This document shows positions 9,804 to 19,915 of a stretch of DNA of 64,000 nt, in pieces. The stretch is taken from IMG/VR virus record IMGVR_UViG_3300023178_001963. The stretch is one strand, 5' to 3'. The translations under genes and the position numbers were made by a program. The number at the start of each line of letters is the position of its first letter. Positions within the stretch are counted from its first letter, which is position 1. Below the pieces are notes generated by a model. That model saw only the letters and a program-made list of their open reading frames with translations. It had not been told where the DNA came from and searched no databases. This stretch comes from a virus.

Positions 9804-12800
9804 CTATAATAACCTTTTGTCTGGTTCTTCTAACAAGAATACCATAGTCTCAGGAGATGAGAAAATATATATTTTATCTCCTTGTAGCCCGTTTACAGCT
9901 ATTCCATTAAACAACGCACGGTCTTTTATTCTAAGTTCAGCGCCTTCTTTTCTGTCATAATGTAAGAATTCAATGTTTCCATTTTGATCTTCTATACCTA
10001 TGATTTGTACACTTTCTGCTTTAGCATTTCTAAATTTAGTTTCATCGGTGACGGTCAAAATGTTATTATTCCACGAATCGATACTATCAGTTTCGACTAC
10101 ATGCATCATATGACCTCTACCAAGATTATCATACACTATAAATGATTTTTTATCAAGTGTTAATCTTGTTTCATCTGTAAAATTATCAAGTCTGATGATA
10201 GCAGAGTCTAGTATACGTGACTCAACTAGTCCAGTATCATATCCACCTTCATCTGCTGTTGTTTGATAAAAACGTCTTAGTAGACCACCTTGTTCATATG
10301 TACCATCTTCCATTTCAGGGAAATCTTCTGGCTCAACTGATGGGTGCATTTCTATTCCACCATCATATGTATTAATTTTGTATCTACTATTTCTACCAAA
10401 GTCAATATGTAAGTTCATGTAGTTTAATGCGTCAACATCTGCTTCCACAATCTCTTCTGGTTCATAAATTCTCTTTATGTCTCGTAACTTAACATGATAT
10501 GGTTTAGCTTCCATTAAGTATTCAATAGTATCATTGTATGAATCACGTTGATATATTGCGTGTTGTCTTAGTGGTTTATTATAAAGATTAACATCAATGT
10601 AACTTGTTTTAAACAACCAGTCTGGATATGTTTTTTCAGTATACATATAATCTAACATACCAAAGAATAATTCTTTGATGTATGACAAATCAGAATACTC
10701 ATATATCATATTAATAAATTCATGTAGTTGAACTTTAATAATGTTTTCATAATATTTTGGAACACCTGTTTCTAGTGTTTGACCAGGTAGTTCTATGTCG
10801 TTAAATGTTAGACTTAGTGCGCCTTTTACTTTGTTCACTAATCTAATTTCTTTTGGTTCACCAAAACCAAAGTAATACTCTTCGTAATTTTCATTTTTAA
10901 TTTTGAAACTACGTGTACCATTTTCAAACATTGTTATCATATCAATATTTCTAGTTCTGCTTAAGAATTCATAACTAGTAATATCCTTATAGTCTTCGTT
11001 TATATACCAATTAACTGCTTCAAAAATATAGTGATCCAATTCCACATAATCTTTATAGAATGGATATCTAGCTTCAATAAGAGTTTTATTAAAGTGGTCG
11101 TTGATTATAGATTTAAAGTTGTCTCTCGCCGAGTCTAAATCTGAGAACCAATTATTAGTGATCGCTCCTACTTGATAAACTCTAACAACATCACCAACTA
11201 TAACATCATAGTTGTTATTAATTCTAAGTGAAGTTCCGTCAATTGAGAAATCTTCTAAATCTATAAAATGATTATTAACTGATACTGCGATATCATCTTC
11301 AGTTAAATCTGTTAAGAAATCAACTTCTAATAGAATGCCTTCATCATCAATATCATATATACCAGCAGTTAGGTGAACACTATTTTCAATCTTACTGTCA
11401 GCAATACTATTTTGTAAATCACTTAAGTATTCAGGCATGATTGCTACTTTTGATTCACGTGACAACAGTTCCCAATCTGAGTGACGATACTGTTTATTTT
11501 CGTCGGAACTATATTGTGTTGTAACCCACCACCATCTGTTTTTAGCTTGTGTTTTATTAGAAACAACAATAGTATTTTCATCGATAGGTATGAACTTATC
11601 TTTGATATCGCCAGTTTCAATAATCATTTTTATTTCATCTGTGCTATACTCTTTGTTGTATCTTGGTAATGTACCTAAATCAGTCCAATAGTAATACTTC
11701 GTAACTTCTTTCTGTCTAGCTTCGTCCCAATATATTTCTTGGTTAAACCATGTAATACCATCTGGTAGAACTTCATTTTCAACCCATTGTTTTATGACAA
11801 TTTGAGAACCGTCGACTACTTTGCCCCAATGTCTTTTTACATAATCAATTTCGATGTTTCCGTTAGCATCCCCATAATCATTATATCTATAGAAACGAGC
11901 AAGATTAGTATCCCACCAAATCTCACCAAGATGCTCATCTAACCATAAGTCTTGTGAATAGTACTCATCATACTTTGCAGGGTCTTGCCAATCCACAAAG
12001 TCGATATCTTTCATAATTGTTCCTGGTAATTTTAGATTTAGTGGATCAAATAATTGGTGTTGAATATAATCTGTCCCATCACGTATAATCATTCGTTTAA
12101 CTAAATCTACATTTACTTCACGTGCTTTTCTATTTTTAACAGTTAGGTTTCCGACATTACTTCTGTCAAGTACTGCCCAACCTCTGTCATTATGTTCATC
12201 TGCCCAAATTGTTGTTTGATCGTTTAGTCCTAGATTTACATAGAAGCTATCAAAGTTATCACCGTTGTATCCAGGTGTGTATCTTACCGACTTCCAACGC
12301 ATAACTTTAAAGTTTGCGTTACTTTGAATACTTGTGTAGTCTCTATACAACCCTAATTTTTCAAGTAGCAGTTCACTTGTTCCGCTGAAACTTATAGCAA
12401 GTGTAGAACTAGATATAATAAATCTACCATCTGAAGTTATAGATGCTGTATATATAGAAGACTGATCATTTATTTGGTCTCTAAATTCAATCAGCGATGT
12501 ACTTAATGATTGTGTATTAACATATTCACCTGCTGCTATACCAAAGTCATCTAACGGATTACCTGTCAGGTTACTTATAGATACACTACTATCATTACCG
12601 CTTATAAGTAGTCTTCTGTCAACTTCTGTAGCTGTCATATCTGTATTAGATAGCACTGAGTTTATATCAGAAATGATATTATCTAATGACCTTGAAACTT
12701 CTGTAGTGTTTAAGAAACCTAATCTTCCCATAGCACCAGTAGTTACTTCTGTTACTGTGAGTGTAGGATTCAATGATCCTATTTTTAATCTACCAGACAC

Positions 12801-15800
12801 AGTTGTAGCACTGACACCTGAAATTCCAGCTTGGTTTATCTGTTGTGCTACACTAGAAGATGTAGGCTCTGTAGTAGAGTTATAAGTAGATCCTGGGAAT
12901 CCAAACGAGTTGAAACCGCTGCCACTTAAAATCATTTGTGAACCATTTGCTGCGATTACAAGTCTATTACTTGAATTAATGTAAGATGTAACATTAGTTT
13001 TTGTATTAACATCAGCAGCAAAATTACTTAACTTAGAATCTGAATATACAGATGATGTACTAATTCCTAAATCTTGTAGAACACCACCTCTCAATTCTAA
13101 TTCTGGCAGTGAAGATGTTAATCTTAGCGCACCGCCATTGTTTGAAGCCACAACATCAACTGTTCCATTATTGATTGTATCAATTATTTCTTGTAGACTT
13201 GGAGGTTGAGATACCGGTTGGGCTTCTAAATTAATTATAAATGATACTAAACCGTCTTGGTCAACATCTGGTGTTAGTGGATCTCCGTCATCATCAACTT
13301 GCCCATCTTGTATTGGACTAGTAAATGTTATAACACCATTAGAGTACGTATACGCAGTTGTAGTAAACGGAGCATCAACTCCATTATCAACTGTTATAGC
13401 TCCTGGTAAGAAATTTGTCATATCAGTGCTTAAAGTCAGACTTGTCACAGGAGTTGATACGTTTGTTTGTTGTTCTGTTGTATCAGATCCAGTAATCGAA
13501 GGAACTGTAAACTGAATATTTGTTCCATTGATTTGAATTGATTTAGTTTCTGATATCACAGGATTTACAGAACCATCAACAACAATATCTTCGATAACAT
13601 GTGTTGTTACATCACCATCTAGGTTAATTCCCAACTGTGTACCAGTAGCAATACTCGTAGATGTTGTTATACTAGATATAGCTTCTATGTTTTGTGTTGA
13701 ACTAAAGTCAACTGTAATATTAGTGCCATTGATAGAGAATACATCTCCCTGATTTGATGTAATACTGTTTACAGCTTCGATATTGTTTCCACCAAATGTC
13801 ACAACTGTATTTGCGTTTCTAATCAAACCTGCATCATCATAAACAACTAATCTTATCTGTTCACCCTCTGATACAATTGGATCAGGTGTTGCTGTTGTGC
13901 CACCTATGATAATACCAGAACTAGAACCACCTGTTCCTTCTTCGTACACAAAACTTGTACCATCAATTACAAGAGTTTCACCATCGATTAGTATTGGATT
14001 ACTGTTAGAACCGATTGCTTCAACACCAATGTTTTGCGATGTCGGTACATATATAGAATTTGTTGTTGTGCTATCAATCTCAACTGTTACCGGTTCATAG
14101 TCTGTATCAAAAACAAGATACTTGTGAACTGTAACATCATCGAATGCTTCTGTTCCATCATTGACTAGATAATAGTATCCATTAATTTCTGGATCAATGT
14201 CATCATTTGTAATTTTTAAGTAAACTGTATCTGCGATATCCACCTGATTTGTTAATGCCACATATAATTGACTATCACTTGTTTCTCCAACGTATGATAT
14301 TTCAGCAATTTCACTTAGTCTGCGAACATCCCAATCACGTTCACTATCGAACTGAATCCATGCTAAGTCACCTTCATAGTAACTATCACTAACTGTAGTT
14401 TCAAGTACAGCAGCATTTCTAACAATGTAATTAACATCCTTAGAATCAACATATCCTGTTGTTTTTATAGGTGTAGTTCTTGCTGTCTCTCTGTATTTGA
14501 ATGGTGTTTCACCAGTATATTCAACCGAGTATGGATCACTAAAGATTAATTTTGTATCAATACGTTTTGATGATGAAATATCTTTGTTAAAGTTACCATA
14601 CTCTCCTAACTTAAATGCCCACATGTCTTCGTGTTTGATATCTTTAAAGTTAGAATTTTTGTTTACAATTCTGTTTACACTTGAGTCTGTGCCTTTACCT
14701 GCTAGGAAGCCTTTGTAGAATTCTAGTTGTGACTCTCTTTCCATAAGGTGATTGTTTAGATATAGACGTTTTGTGTAACCTATTTGATTTGCTTTTAAGA
14801 TATTGACATTCTTAAGTGACTGATCTACAATAGTATCTCTGTGATATTTTGTATCAGCTACCATTGTTTCTAAGTTAGGTATCATCACGTTATCATACAT
14901 AATGTAACCATCAGCACTTAGTGTGCCGTCCCAATCACTAGTTCTATTACAGTCAATAATCATTCTTAGATTTCTATTATGGTGTAGTGGATCATAAATT
15001 ACGTCACCATATGAATCTACTCTATCAATCACATAAGCATGTTCTACATCAGTGATATCAATCTTCATTCCGTATACAGGTATCGTTGATTCCCATGTAA
15101 TAGCATCACCTTCTGAATAGAATTTGATTGCTGTGTTTGGTATTTGTCTACCTGATGAATCTACTACTCTGTAGAAGTTTTTATTTGTTTCTTTCTGAAC
15201 TGTAGCAACACCATATGGTGTAGAGAATCTACCCGATAGCAGGATAGGAGTTAGAGTTATAAACTCTCCTATATCATGTTTTTCAGCAGACCAATCTAAG
15301 AACTTGATTAGTAAACTTTCAAAGTCTATGTTTTCACCCTCACTGTTTATATCAGTAAAGTCCCATCCAACTGCTCTTAAGTAATCTTGGTAACCAATAA
15401 TTAAGTGAGCCACTTCGTCTAAACTATAAAGAACGTCACCGTAGTTATAGGATTTGATTTGGTCTTGTAGAGTCTTCTTATAACCATTTGCTCTGATTTG
15501 ATTAACACGTGGCCACTCTTTTAGTAATTTCCAGTTGTCTTGTAAATCATCGTTGAATAAACTAGACGCTGTGTGATCAGACAAAGAAATATATGGGCTA
15601 CCTTCATACATAACATATGTGTCATTCTTATAGAAAGTACCCGGCGTCCAAACGTTTAGTGTTGCTTCGTCGCCTCTTGTTGCCCAATCTTTTTCACCGC
15701 TAGTTCTATCCCAATCCATAGCAAAGAATGTAGGATTAAAATCATCATATCCATAAATTCTGTAACCAAAGTTTCTAATCTTAGGCTGTGATATTAATGT

Positions 15801-18800
15801 CCAAGCAGTATAGTCAAAGTTTATAGTTCCAGCAGTTTCACGTTCTGTTGGAGTTTCAACTTTTCTTCTATAATATTTTTCATCAGAAGGATTAAAGATA
15901 ACAGTTCCTTGAGTGTAATCAGATACGTTGTTTATCGAATATGTAGGATGCTTATCGTCAAGTGAAACTTTTTCTAGTACGATAGCACTGAAACTCTCAC
16001 TGCGATTAGGCTCACCTGTGTGAATGAACAAATCATAATTATCTGTTGGAATTTCAGTATATTGACTGTTAGCTAACGAACTATTTTCACTTGATAGTTT
16101 AAAGTTGTTAACAAAGCCACCTAACTTACTACCTAGCTTAAACTGATAACTATCTTTTTGTCTTCTAATTTCTGTAACATCTGAACTTTCACGCTTATGA
16201 TAGATAGAAATAATAGCATCAAGTTCATCTGACCAGTTATCAATAACTTCAAACGGTTTCATAATCATTGAACATAAGAATTCAATGAATGGGAATTCAC
16301 TACTACGTCTCCAAGCCATTTCGATAGGAGATCCGTCACCGAACTCCCAGTCTTGGTCTAAGAATTGAATGTCATCTGTTGATATTTGTGATCCAAAGAA
16401 TAGTTCTTCTACTGTTAACAGATTATTATCAGTGTCTAGTGGAATTGGCCAGTAAGCATTGTAATCTGTTTTTAGCTTCGACCAGAATTCATATGTAGTA
16501 TAACGCTGTTCATCTAGCTCAAACCCCTCAGGAGGTCTACTAAAGCCTACTGTTACCCAAGGTTCTTTTAATGGATTTTCAGTTCTGTAAACATAATGCA
16601 TCAATCCACGCCAATTACCCGGAGTATTATCGTTTACACCTCTATAGTTCCAAGTCTTCCAGTTATCAGGATCAAAATCAGTATTAAAAATATTGTCAAT
16701 ACTATTTCTTACCATCCACTTTTTAAAGAATGGGAACATTGTATATTTTTTCTCATTAAATGAATACTCAATAGTAGCATCACGGTAAATACCATACTTG
16801 ATATTTTTCATTGTTAGATTATCTGTAGTTTTGTCTATACGATTATAGATTAACTTTTCAAACATAAGCATGATACTATCTGTTCTGTCACCCCATATAG
16901 GCATTTTAGAACCATCGTGCCCAACTAAGAATGTTGTAGCGGTTTCAAACTCTGTATCTTCTTCGAATCTAGGATCATACAACGTATGTATACCTAACTT
17001 AGTAGCACTTGGAGGAATAAATGATTCTTTAATAAGTTTATAATATCTTACTTCGATTTCATCATCTGCTGTCATTTCACGTTCAAAACTTATTTCAACG
17101 CCGTTTAGAACTGTATAGTTTTTCTCAAGTACACCGTTAATGAATACGCTGATATTTTCATCGTAAACCACTTCAGTTGCGATACTATCTGGAATAAACT
17201 GAATTTTAGATCCAACTGATACTGGAGATACATTAGCTGTAATGTAGTGATTTGGTGTATCACCGATATTAATCATATCGCTTCCGCCAAACACATTGAT
17301 ACTTTCACGTTTCGCTAACGCAATCTCTGCTATTGCTTGTTCTAAAATTATTTCATCTGTTTTAGAATCAGAGTCTGGATCATTAAGAATTTCTCTAATG
17401 TTCGTTACAAGTTTGTTTTTATAACCGCCATACGCTAATGAAATATATTCTAATGATGCGAAAGGATCATAGTCATCACGTGTGATTGAAAAATATGCTT
17501 TAGTGATATCAATAGAATTCTTAACCATAACACTACCAAACTTGTTAAATCTTAACTTGTCTGTATTATCACCTATTTTTCTATAAGTGTTTGAAGCGTT
17601 AGGGTTACCTTCAATGCCTTCTGTTGTCTCAACAATTCTTAACAAGTGTTCGTACACTGTTGAGAATGACATTTCAACATTGTTATGGTCTAAATTATCT
17701 GGATTAAATTCAATAGATGGATCGATACGCTGCCAAGTTCCATCACCGTCAACGATAACGTTTTCACGTGTTGTGAAGTCAACGTACACATAGCCTTCTA
17801 CTGGCTTATTGAATGTAATGACGTTATCGTTGTAGGTATAATTTCCTATTTGTTTTATACCTTCCAGATAAACGTCAATGGTATAAAAGTTTTTAGGTTC
17901 TTGTAATAACTCTAATTTTTCATGTGTTCCGAAACCATACTCATGTCTTAAGTTTCTATAATCGAACTCAGAAAGAATATAAAGAGGTTGATATGTTTCG
18001 TCAATTTTATATGACATATTAATTGGCATATCAATGTTAAATAAGAATTCACTTACATAATCACCTGCTTGTAGTTTTGCTTTGATTCCAAGAAATGGAT
18101 CTTGTAAAACATCGTCATCTTCTACATAATGAAAAATTTTATAATCTGATTGATACTGTTCTTCATCATTATAAAGTCTAAATGTAGGCACAGCAAAATC
18201 TGTTGCTGTAGCACTTTCATCACTAAGTTCTAGTCTCTTATCAAATTCAATGATCGGTCTTTTTGCTTGTTCAATAAAGTTTTTATTTTGACTTGTGATA
18301 TATTTTCTAATATCATCATAATGATACCATGAGTTTCTATCACTCCACCAGTTAGTAATCGTGGAGTAGTCAGTATCTTTATCTATAGTAATATAATGTA
18401 TGTCTTCTGAATTACCAAGAATAAAAATATTTTCTAATAATAGATACTGTTCCCAATCCGGAGTTGTAAATTCTGAGTTTGTTTTGTATTCAATTACATG
18501 TAGTATACCTTCATCTGGTTTTACAAAACGTAAAGCATATGGGTTAACTTCTACATTATATGGATCAAATACTTTATCTGTTAACTGATATGTATTATTT
18601 CCTATATTAAGTGTAACACGTAATTCGTCTGTGTCAACAAATGTATCACCTACTAATGGATTTTTAGGTCTATCAGCTCCTTGTGAGAAATCCCTAGCTC
18701 TATATTTTCCATCTTCTATTCCCAAGTTAGAAAAACCTGTCAGATTTACAACTGAGTTGATGGAACCATCATTAAATATATTGACATATCCATCGTCTAG

Positions 18801-19913
18801 TGTTGCTGATATTCCAATAGAAGCACCTAGTAGATTTAATTCATCTACAAACTCTTGTAGGTTAGCATATTTTGAATTTCCAAGACCATCAACTGTAGAG
18901 AATTCTAGTTCGTCCTGTCTCTCTACAATACCGCCATCTTCATAAGCACTAAATGCCGTACCATCAACAGGAGATGACATTGCTGGATCATTATATAATT
19001 CATAAACATCTTTAGAAATTTCTTTTACATAAAACATTTGGTCATTAAGTTGTGTTAGCCCACGTGCTAATGTCAGTTTTATTTTATTTCCATCTAAAAT
19101 AATATGGTCATCATGTATATGCGTATCATCATTGTGAACATGCAATCTGACCGGAGATGTTTGTGTTAAATTTGAAATTCTAGCTGTTGCTTTATTACCC
19201 AATGTAAATTTAACATTACCGTCAGGTAATGATGGATTTTGAGTTGATGTTGCGACAGGCCAGTTTTTATGCCAGTCTGGAGAACCTAGAACAACCCATT
19301 CGTTTTCTAATCTTACCCAATATACGATTTCATTATTAGATATTACAACCGCATAATCACCAGTTGACCCATACGTATCAATAGGCTTTGCGTTAGCATC
19401 AAGTAGCCCCGTGCCCGGTTCATCTCTGATTATAGCAGGTAGTTCTCTTCTCCAATAAACACCATCAATATCCTGATAGAATGAATATAGTGCGAAATCT
19501 GTAGTGAAGCCTGGTTTAACCCAATAGTATAGTTCCCAGTTTATGAACTTATCATTATCTATAGGTAAGTTTACAGTGTAAGTGTCAGACTTGAATAGTC
19601 TTCTATGGTCATTAATTAACGCACCTTTATTATAAAGTGAGTTTAGTAAGTCATCATAAAATATATTGTCACCAATGTCTACATTAGAGAAAACAGGTTC
19701 TAGTCCATAGTTGTCTCGTTGAAAAAGATGTTCAGGGAAAGAAACATAAGCATCGTCTTCTTTATAGATACCTTTTTCTTTTCTACCAATAAACGCTCTT
19801 ACTTTATCAACTTGTCCTTTAGAAAATGCCCTGTCTAAAGTACTGTCGAACATAGTCTGCAGTTCTTTATTTCTTAAATGTACCGGTAAAAGGTCATATA
19901 TTTTATTCGCCAT
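9804..19913 (-). CDS. Giant (3369 aa) baseplate wedge/structural protein, probably gp7-equivalent
   Basis: Directly downstream of gp6; ends of wedge type (KPYHVKLR near C-terminus); internal beta-rich repeats and a W..G..Y..V.YEG..Y carbohydrate-binding-like module. Confidence 0.7.
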   Translation of the reverse strand: MANKIYDLLPVHLRNKELQTMFDSTLDRAFSKGQVDKVRAFIGRKEKGIYKEDDAYVSFPEHLFQRDNYGLEPVFSNVDIGDNIFYDDLLNSLYNKGALINDHRRLFKSDTYTVNLPIDNDKFINWELYYWVKPGFTTDFALYSFYQDIDGVYWRRELPAIIRDEPGTGLLDANAKPIDTYGSTGDYAVVISNNEIVYWVRLENEWVVLGSPDWHKNWPVATSTQNPSLPDGNVKFTLGNKATARISNLTQTSPVRLHVHNDDTHIHDDHIILDGNKIKLTLARGLTQLNDQMFYVKEISKDVYELYNDPAMSSPVDGTAFSAYEDGGIVERQDELEFSTVDGLGNSKYANLQEFVDELNLLGASIGISATLDDGYVNIFNDGSINSVVNLTGFSNLGIEDGKYRARDFSQGADRPKNPLVGDTFVDTDELRVTLNIGNNTYQLTDKVFDPYNVEVNPYALRFVKPDEGILHVIEYKTNSEFTTPDWEQYLLLENIFILGNSEDIHYITIDKDTDYSTITNWWSDRNSWYHYDDIRKYITSQNKNFIEQAKRPIIEFDKRLELSDESATATDFAVPTFRLYNDEEQYQSDYKIFHYVEDDDVLQDPFLGIKAKLQAGDYVSEFLFNIDMPINMSYKIDETYQPLYILSEFDYRNLRHEYGFGTHEKLELLQEPKNFYTIDVYLEGIKQIGNYTYNDNVITFNKPVEGYVYVDFTTRENVIVDGDGTWQRIDPSIEFNPDNLDHNNVEMSFSTVYEHLLRIVETTEGIEGNPNASNTYRKIGDNTDKLRFNKFGSVMVKNSIDITKAYFSITRDDYDPFASLEYISLAYGGYKNKLVTNIREILNDPDSDSKTDEIILEQAIAEIALAKRESINVFGGSDMINIGDTPNHYITANVSPVSVGSKIQFIPDSIATEVVYDENISVFINGVLEKNYTVLNGVEISFEREMTADDEIEVRYYKLIKESFIPPSATKLGIHTLYDPRFEEDTEFETATTFLVGHDGSKMPIWGDRTDSIMLMFEKLIYNRIDKTTDNLTMKNIKYGIYRDATIEYSFNEKKYTMFPFFKKWMVRNSIDNIFNTDFDPDNWKTWNYRGVNDNTPGNWRGLMHYVYRTENPLKEPWVTVGFSRPPEGFELDEQRYTTYEFWSKLKTDYNAYWPIPLDTDNNLLTVEELFFGSQISTDDIQFLDQDWEFGDGSPIEMAWRRSSEFPFIEFLCSMIMKPFEVIDNWSDELDAIISIYHKRESSDVTEIRRQKDSYQFKLGSKLGGFVNNFKLSSENSSLANSQYTEIPTDNYDLFIHTGEPNRSESFSAIVLEKVSLDDKHPTYSINNVSDYTQGTVIFNPSDEKYYRRKVETPTERETAGTINFDYTAWTLISQPKIRNFGYRIYGYDDFNPTFFAMDWDRTSGEKDWATRGDEATLNVWTPGTFYKNDTYVMYEGSPYISLSDHTASSLFNDDLQDNWKLLKEWPRVNQIRANGYKKTLQDQIKSYNYGDVLYSLDEVAHLIIGYQDYLRAVGWDFTDINSEGENIDFESLLIKFLDWSAEKHDIGEFITLTPILLSGRFSTPYGVATVQKETNKNFYRVVDSSGRQIPNTAIKFYSEGDAITWESTIPVYGMKIDITDVEHAYVIDRVDSYGDVIYDPLHHNRNLRMIIDCNRTSDWDGTLSADGYIMYDNVMIPNLETMVADTKYHRDTIVDQSLKNVNILKANQIGYTKRLYLNNHLMERESQLEFYKGFLAGKGTDSSVNRIVNKNSNFKDIKHEDMWAFKLGEYGNFNKDISSSKRIDTKLIFSDPYSVEYTGETPFKYRETARTTPIKTTGYVDSKDVNYIVRNAAVLETTVSDSYYEGDLAWIQFDSERDWDVRRLSEIAEISYVGETSDSQLYVALTNQVDIADTVYLKITNDDIDPEINGYYYLVNDGTEAFDDVTVHKYLVFDTDYEPVTVEIDSTTTNSIYVPTSQNIGVEAIGSNSNPILIDGETLVIDGTSFVYEEGTGGSSSGIIIGGTTATPDPIVSEGEQIRLVVYDDAGLIRNANTVVTFGGNNIEAVNSITSNQGDVFSINGTNITVDFSSTQNIEAISSITTSTSIATGTQLGINLDGDVTTHVIEDIVVDGSVNPVISETKSIQINGTNIQFTVPSITGSDTTEQQTNVSTPVTSLTLSTDMTNFLPGAITVDNGVDAPFTTTAYTYSNGVITFTSPIQDGQVDDDGDPLTPDVDQDGLVSFIINLEAQPVSQPPSLQEIIDTINNGTVDVVASNNGGALRLTSSLPELELRGGVLQDLGISTSSVYSDSKLSNFAADVNTKTNVTSYINSSNRLVIAANGSQMILSGSGFNSFGFPGSTYNSTTEPTSSSVAQQINQAGISGVSATTVSGRLKIGSLNPTLTVTEVTTGAMGRLGFLNTTEVSRSLDNIISDINSVLSNTDMTATEVDRRLLISGNDSSVSISNLTGNPLDDFGIAAGEYVNTQSLSTSLIEFRDQINDQSSIYTASITSDGRFIISSSTLAISFSGTSELLLEKLGLYRDYTSIQSNANFKVMRWKSVRYTPGYNGDNFDSFYVNLGLNDQTTIWADEHNDRGWAVLDRSNVGNLTVKNRKAREVNVDLVKRMIIRDGTDYIQHQLFDPLNLKLPGTIMKDIDFVDWQDPAKYDEYYSQDLWLDEHLGEIWWDTNLARFYRYNDYGDANGNIEIDYVKRHWGKVVDGSQIVIKQWVENEVLPDGITWFNQEIYWDEARQKEVTKYYYWTDLGTLPRYNKEYSTDEIKMIIETGDIKDKFIPIDENTIVVSNKTQAKNRWWWVTTQYSSDENKQYRHSDWELLSRESKVAIMPEYLSDLQNSIADSKIENSVHLTAGIYDIDDEGILLEVDFLTDLTEDDIAVSVNNHFIDLEDFSIDGTSLRINNNYDVIVGDVVRVYQVGAITNNWFSDLDSARDNFKSIINDHFNKTLIEARYPFYKDYVELDHYIFEAVNWYINEDYKDITSYEFLSRTRNIDMITMFENGTRSFKIKNENYEEYYFGFGEPKEIRLVNKVKGALSLTFNDIELPGQTLETGVPKYYENIIKVQLHEFINMIYEYSDLSYIKELFFGMLDYMYTEKTYPDWLFKTSYIDVNLYNKPLRQHAIYQRDSYNDTIEYLMEAKPYHVKLRDIKRIYEPEEIVEADVDALNYMNLHIDFGRNSRYKINTYDGGIEMHPSVEPEDFPEMEDGTYEQGGLLRRFYQTTADEGGYDTGLVESRILDSAIIRLDNFTDETRLTLDKKSFIVYDNLGRGHMMHVVETDSIDSWNNNILTVTDETKFRNAKAESVQIIGIEDQNGNIEFLHYDRKEGAELRIKDRALFNGIAVNGLQGDKIYIFSSPETMVFLLEEPDKRLL

Positions 19914-19915
19914 TA

